DNA of 64,000 nucleotides from Lysobacterales bacterium (GTDB lineage Bacteria; Pseudomonadota; Gammaproteobacteria; Xanthomonadales; SZUA-5): NCBI GenBank assembly GCA_022844165.1, contig JALHMH010000013.1, positions 1 to 64,000 of the forward strand, read 5' to 3'. Shown piece by piece: positions 59,682 to 64,000 of this stretch (position 1 is its first letter; each line of letters starts with the position of its first letter). The notes under the pieces were generated by a model. It saw only the letters and a program-made list of their open reading frames with translations, ran no database searches and was not told where the DNA came from. The position numbers and the translations under genes were made by a program.

Positions 59682-60030
59682 TCAACCCAGCCAGCGCGGC
59701 GAACGGATTGTGCGTCGCCGCCACCGGCACATTGACGCCGGTGAGGCTGCCGTGATCGTGATCGAGGTATCGCTGGTGCTCGTTGTCGTGGCAATAAAGG
59801 CATAACAGCTCCCAGTTGCTGCCATCGCTGGGGTTGTCGTCGTGGTTGTGGTTACGGTGATGCACCGTCAACTCGGCAACATTCGCGCGGGTGAAACTGC
59901 GTGCACACCGCCCGCATACCCACGGATACATCTTTAGCGCCTGTTCGCGGTACCCGTGACCACGCATTTCTGAGGCGCGCCTGCTGGCGGCTACAATGGC
60001 ATCGAGCTTGTTGTTATCGATCGATTTCAT
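59671..60030 (-). CDS. yajD: YajD family HNH nuclease
   Basis: GYREQALKMYPWVCGRCAR.F....ELTVHH..HNHDDNP.DGSNWELLCLYCHDNEH and terminal 'ATHNPFA.L'. Confidence 0.92.
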   Translation of the reverse strand: MKSIDNNKLDAIVAASRRASEMRGHGYREQALKMYPWVCGRCARSFTRANVAELTVHHRNHNHDDNPSDGSNWELLCLYCHDNEHQRYLDHDHGSLTGVNVPVAATHNPFAALAGLIKK

Positions 60031-60096
60031 GCGGCGATTGTACCTGTGCGCGATCTTTATGCAACGGCGCCCGCCGATGCCGCTATTCTCCCGCAC

Positions 60097-61263
60097 ATGA
60101 ATACCCCTGCCCTGCCGCTCGTGCGGCTCAAGACTGAACGGCGCTCGAACCATCCCTGGATTTTCCAGAAGATGGTCGAGAAGCCAGATCCAAAACCCAA
60201 GCCCGGTTCGATCGTCGACATCGAAGACCGCACCGGTGCCTTTGTTGGCCGCGGCTTCTACAACGGGCACTCACGCATCGCCCTGCGTGTTCTCACTCCG
60301 CACAACGAAGCCGTCGACCAGGCGTTTTTTGAACGCCGCATCGTACACGCGATCGGATTGCGCCTGGATGTGCTTAAGCTCGATCAAATCACTGATGCGT
60401 ATCGCTTGATCCACTCCGAAGGCGACGATTTAAGCGGCCTCGTGGTCGATCGTTTCGCCGACACGTTGATCATCGAGTACTTCAGTGCCGGCATGTGGCG
60501 CATCCGCGACCAGATCCGACGCGCGCTGGTCGCGCAATTCCCGGAGGCAAAACTGTATTGGTTTGCCGAGGAGCACGTGGCGAAACAAGAGAGCTTTGAC
60601 TGTTCCACACCAGATCCACCGGCGCCCACGCAAATTATCGAGCACGGGCTGAAGTTCAAAGTCGCACCAGGCCTCAAACACAAGACCGGATTTTTTGCCG
60701 ATCAACGCGACAACCGGCGCTCGCTCGGCAGTTTTTCGCCTGGGAAACGCGTGCTGGACCTGTGCTGCAACTCGGGTGGGTTTGCGATTTACGCCAAAGC
60801 TGCGGGTGCCGACGAGGTCATCGCGATCGACCTCGATGAAGAAGTGCTGGAGATCGCGCAAGCGAATGCCAAACTCAACCGCACGCCGGTCAAGTTCAAA
60901 CAGGCCGACATTTTCCATTGGCTGCGCGATGCGGCAATCAATCGCGAGCAGTTCGATGTGGTTGTGCTCGATCCGGCGAAAATGACGCGCGATCGCGAAC
61001 AGGTGATCCCCGCGCTAAAGAAGTATCTGGACATGAACAAGCTGGCGATGGGCGTCACCAAACCCGGCGGCATCCTGCTGACATGCTCATGCACGGGACT
61101 GGTGTCCGAGGAGCAGTTCCTGGACATGATCCGCCGCGCCGCGTTTTATGCCAACCGCAGCGTACAGATCCTCGATGTTCGCGGCGCGGGAGCCGATCAT
61201 CCGTGGCTGGCGCACGTCCCCGAATCACGGTACTTAAAGGCCGTGTTTTGCCGTGTCATGTGA
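60097..61263 (+). CDS. rlmI: RlmI-like 23S rRNA m5C methyltransferase (PUA + class I SAM)
   Basis: HPWIF, SEGD.LSGLVVD, KTGFFADQR.NR, VLDLCC.SGGF, FDVVVLDP, DHP...E..YLK. Confidence 0.85.
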   Translation: MNTPALPLVRLKTERRSNHPWIFQKMVEKPDPKPKPGSIVDIEDRTGAFVGRGFYNGHSRIALRVLTPHNEAVDQAFFERRIVHAIGLRLDVLKLDQITDAYRLIHSEGDDLSGLVVDRFADTLIIEYFSAGMWRIRDQIRRALVAQFPEAKLYWFAEEHVAKQESFDCSTPDPPAPTQIIEHGLKFKVAPGLKHKTGFFADQRDNRRSLGSFSPGKRVLDLCCNSGGFAIYAKAAGADEVIAIDLDEEVLEIAQANAKLNRTPVKFKQADIFHWLRDAAINREQFDVVVLDPAKMTRDREQVIPALKKYLDMNKLAMGVTKPGGILLTCSCTGLVSEEQFLDMIRRAAFYANRSVQILDVRGAGADHPWLAHVPESRYLKAVFCRVM

Positions 61264-61432
61264 TGCGCTCGGCGATTGCGCTGCGCCTGCTCCGACATTA
61301 GACCTGGAACCCTCAGTTGGACGGGCGCTCATTGGGACAAAGCGCAATGAGAAGGAATAGCGGTCAACTGAAGTTGTCAGTTTTAAATACCGCCGACAAA
61401 AGCACACTTTCGACTTTGACCAAACGGCACAA

Positions 61433-62731
61433 ATGACCATCAGCGCTACGAACACCACCAACCATCAAGCGTTTCTCGCCGCGCAGGCGGTCACCCCCGG
61501 CGGCGTCAATTCACCAGTGCGGGCCTTCAAACAGGTTGGCGGCGAGCCCTTCTTTGTTGCCCGCGCGCAAGGACCGTATCTGTGGGATGTCGAAGGAAAG
61601 CGTTACATCGACTACATTGGCTCTTGGGGCCCGATGATTGCCGGGCATGCGCATCCGGCGGTGATTGAGGCTGTGCAGCGCACTGCGATCAACGGCTTGA
61701 GCTATGGCTGCCCGAATCCGCTCGAAACCGAACTGGCAGCGGAGATCATCAGGCTGGTCCCCGCCGTTGATCTGGTCCGTTTCGTTTCCTCAGGCACCGA
61801 AGCGTGCCTTTCGGCGATCCGACTTGCGCGTGGTTACACTCGCCGCAACCGCATCCTGAAGTTCGCCGGTTGTTACCATGGACATGCAGACTCGTTTCTG
61901 GTCAAAGCTGGCAGCGGCGTCCTCACCCTCGGGCTGCCCAATTCGCCTGGCGTTCCGAGTGCGCTGGCGGACTTGACGATCACAGCTGAGTTCAACGATC
62001 TCGATCAGGTACGCGATGTTTTTGCGCAGGTCGGAAGCGATATCGCCGCGGTGATCGTAGAACCAATTGCAGGCAACATGAACATGATTGCCCCCTCACC
62101 CGGTTTCCTTGAGGGCTTGCGCGAGCTTTGCGACGCCCACGGCAGCCTGTTGATTTTCGACGAAGTGATGACCGGGTTCCGCGTTGCGCTGGGTGGCGCA
62201 CAAGCGCTGTATGGCATTGTCCCCGACTTGACGACGTTCGGCAAAGTCATCGGTGCGGGCATGCCGGTTGGCGCTTACGGCGGCAAGCGCGCCGTCATGG
62301 AGAACATCGCGCCGCTTGGCCCGGTCTATCAGGCGGGCACGCTGTCCGGTAATCCAGTGGCGATGGCAGCTGGTCTCGCCAACCTCTCGCTGATTCAGGC
62401 GCCAGGTTTTTACGAGGCTCTGGGCGCCCGAACGCTGGAGCTATGCACAGGCCTTAGGAACGCGGCTCACGCTGCCGGAATTCCGTTGCAGACTGTCGCC
62501 ATCGGCGGCATGTTCGGGTTCTTTTTTGCGGATGCCCCCGTGACGTCGTTTGCCGATGCGCAGCGTTGCGATATCGAGCGCTTCAAGCGCTTCTTCCATG
62601 CCTGCCTCGAGCGCGGTGTGTATTTCGCGCCAAGCGCGTACGAGGCAGGGTTCACATCAATGGCCCACGACGCGGCGGTCATTGAAACAACGCTTCAAGT
62701 TGCCCGCGAAGCGTTCGCCGCCGTTGCGTAA
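61433..62731 (+). CDS. hemL: Glutamate-1-semialdehyde 2,1-aminomutase
   Basis: [40 protein letters not shown] (PLP Lys), [10 protein letters not shown]. Confidence 0.98.
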   Translation: MTISATNTTNHQAFLAAQAVTPGGVNSPVRAFKQVGGEPFFVARAQGPYLWDVEGKRYIDYIGSWGPMIAGHAHPAVIEAVQRTAINGLSYGCPNPLETELAAEIIRLVPAVDLVRFVSSGTEACLSAIRLARGYTRRNRILKFAGCYHGHADSFLVKAGSGVLTLGLPNSPGVPSALADLTITAEFNDLDQVRDVFAQVGSDIAAVIVEPIAGNMNMIAPSPGFLEGLRELCDAHGSLLIFDEVMTGFRVALGGAQALYGIVPDLTTFGKVIGAGMPVGAYGGKRAVMENIAPLGPVYQAGTLSGNPVAMAAGLANLSLIQAPGFYEALGARTLELCTGLRNAAHAAGIPLQTVAIGGMFGFFFADAPVTSFADAQRCDIERFKRFFHACLERGVYFAPSAYEAGFTSMAHDAAVIETTLQVAREAFAAVA

Positions 62732-63506
62732 CGATGTTCGACCGTTGATCTTTGGCGCCTCGTCTGCGATCGGGGCCTCGCTGTTGCCGCAGTTTGCCAG
62801 CTACACCGCTGTATCGCGATTCACGCAGCGCGACCCTCGCTGGTGGTTGAGCGGCCTCGAAGTCGCGCCCGCTGCACCCGCAGCAACGACACACATCTTG
62901 AGTCTCGGACCGTTGGACGCCTTCGCCGCATGGTTGTCGCGACACCCGTTGCCAAGCTCGGTGCGGCAGATCATTGCCATGAGCTCTACCAGCGCGCAGA
63001 CCAAAATCGCAAGCAGCGCAAGCGGCGAGGCCCAGATTGCGCAACGCCTTGTCGATAGCGAGACGCGGGTGCGCCACCGGAGTGCAGAGTTCGGCATTGC
63101 GTCAACGCTGCTGCGCGCATCCATGCTCTATGGCGGAGAACAGCATCTGGTAGCGCGAATCCAGCGCATGGTTCGACGCTTCTATACATACCCATTTCTC
63201 ATTGGACCAGGCGCCAGCGCGCTACGCCAGCCCGTACATGTTGCCGATATCGCGTCCGCCGTTTTGTTGTGCATAGATCAACCACAGGCTTTCGACCGTC
63301 AGCTTGTCGTTGCGGGCGCCGAGAGGCTCTCGCTACGCGAGCTGATTATCCGCAGCGCGCGAGCTACGCAACGGCTTGCGATACCCATTCCCACACCAAC
63401 TCATTTGATCGGTCGGATCTCGTTGGAACGCCTTGCCCAGGATCAGGTGTTCGACGTCGGAACAGCCAGAGATCTGGGCTTCACACCGCGGTGTTTTTTG
63501 CCGTAG
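62724..63506 (+). CDS. NAD-dependent epimerase-like protein (degenerate SDR); start uncertain
   Basis: '[10 protein letters not shown]', 'LSLGP', 'SSTS...K', 'LR..MLYG', '[10 protein letters not shown]'. The TTG start overlaps the hemL end. Confidence 0.75.
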   Translation: MRNDVRPLIFGASSAIGASLLPQFASYTAVSRFTQRDPRWWLSGLEVAPAAPAATTHILSLGPLDAFAAWLSRHPLPSSVRQIIAMSSTSAQTKIASSASGEAQIAQRLVDSETRVRHRSAEFGIASTLLRASMLYGGEQHLVARIQRMVRRFYTYPFLIGPGASALRQPVHVADIASAVLLCIDQPQAFDRQLVVAGAERLSLRELIIRSARATQRLAIPIPTPTHLIGRISLERLAQDQVFDVGTARDLGFTPRCFLP

Positions 63507-63518
63507 GCCTTGCCCGGA

Positions 63519-63980
63519 TCAACGTTTCTGCTTTTCTTCTGGCCCAAGTATCTCCAGGATGTCAGTCCATTGACGCGGTGCTTGCGAATACGGCAGCTGC
63601 AGCTGACGCACCCGCATTTCCAGAATGGCGTTTGAGCTGTCGACCATGGCGCGTCTATGCAAGCCGGACCGCACGAACGCATTCCGATCGGCGCTGCTTC
63701 GCCAAACGGTGTAGGTCCAAACCTGATCACCCCAGATCTCCCGACGCAATGAATGACCCACGATACCCGGCTGGTCGTCCATCACCCTCCGGAGCTTGTC
63801 GACATAGTTGTCGAAAGCCTGCCGATGGTCCGGGTCCAATCTCGCGTGAGTGATCGAAACTTCAACCAATTCCTCGTTCGCCAGCGGTTTCCACTGCATC
63901 GGCGTGGAGAAGGCACACCCGGCGCTCCACGCGCAGAGACTCGTCATGACCGCAGCACCAATCAAACGTATCGAAACCAT
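63519..63980 (-). CDS. Antibiotic biosynthesis monooxygenase/DUF3291-like exported protein
   Basis: 'QPG.VG.S......WT.TVW.S.....AFV.SG.H..AM' dimeric alpha/beta barrel pattern. Lipoprotein-like N-terminus (SAGC). Confidence 0.7.
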   Translation of the reverse strand: MVSIRLIGAAVMTSLCAWSAGCAFSTPMQWKPLANEELVEVSITHARLDPDHRQAFDNYVDKLRRVMDDQPGIVGHSLRREIWGDQVWTYTVWRSSADRNAFVRSGLHRRAMVDSSNAILEMRVRQLQLPYSQAPRQWTDILEILGPEEKQKR

Positions 63981-64000
63981 GGAATACCTCTCAGTTGACA

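Overview
This is a GC-rich bacterial chromosomal window, most likely from a Xanthomonadales/Rhodanobacteraceae-like gammaproteobacterium (inferred from gene content and attC style). Housekeeping genes (ppsA, ruvC, hemL, rlmI-like, yajD, cytochromes c, RND efflux) are interleaved with many accessory genes. The left end (1-1715) is the tail of an integron-type cassette array: an HNH nuclease cassette whose two flanking attC sites are each cut at the AAC of the R'' box by ends of a tyrosine-recombinase/IS91-type transposase element. At 26.1-29.3 kb a GH18-like hydrolase and a crystallin + Cry-domain-I-like + jacalin (PirB/Cry-like) toxin gene face each other. Both are preceded by the same 31-bp motif (AATCGC-N7-TCAGAATTTGCGAGATTT). 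Four unrelated secreted proteins share a short C-terminal D-x-(I/L/V)-(F/L/H)-x-x-(G/N)-F-E tail, a candidate sorting signal. At 38.7-50.9 kb an alpha-2-macroglobulin, a MITE-flanked nine-DUF11 autotransporter and an exported Sel1/caspase-family protease are clustered. Several small YTAG-bounded repeats are dispersed through the window. No rRNA, tRNA or CRISPR array was recognised. All family calls come from motif recognition by eye, not from database searches.
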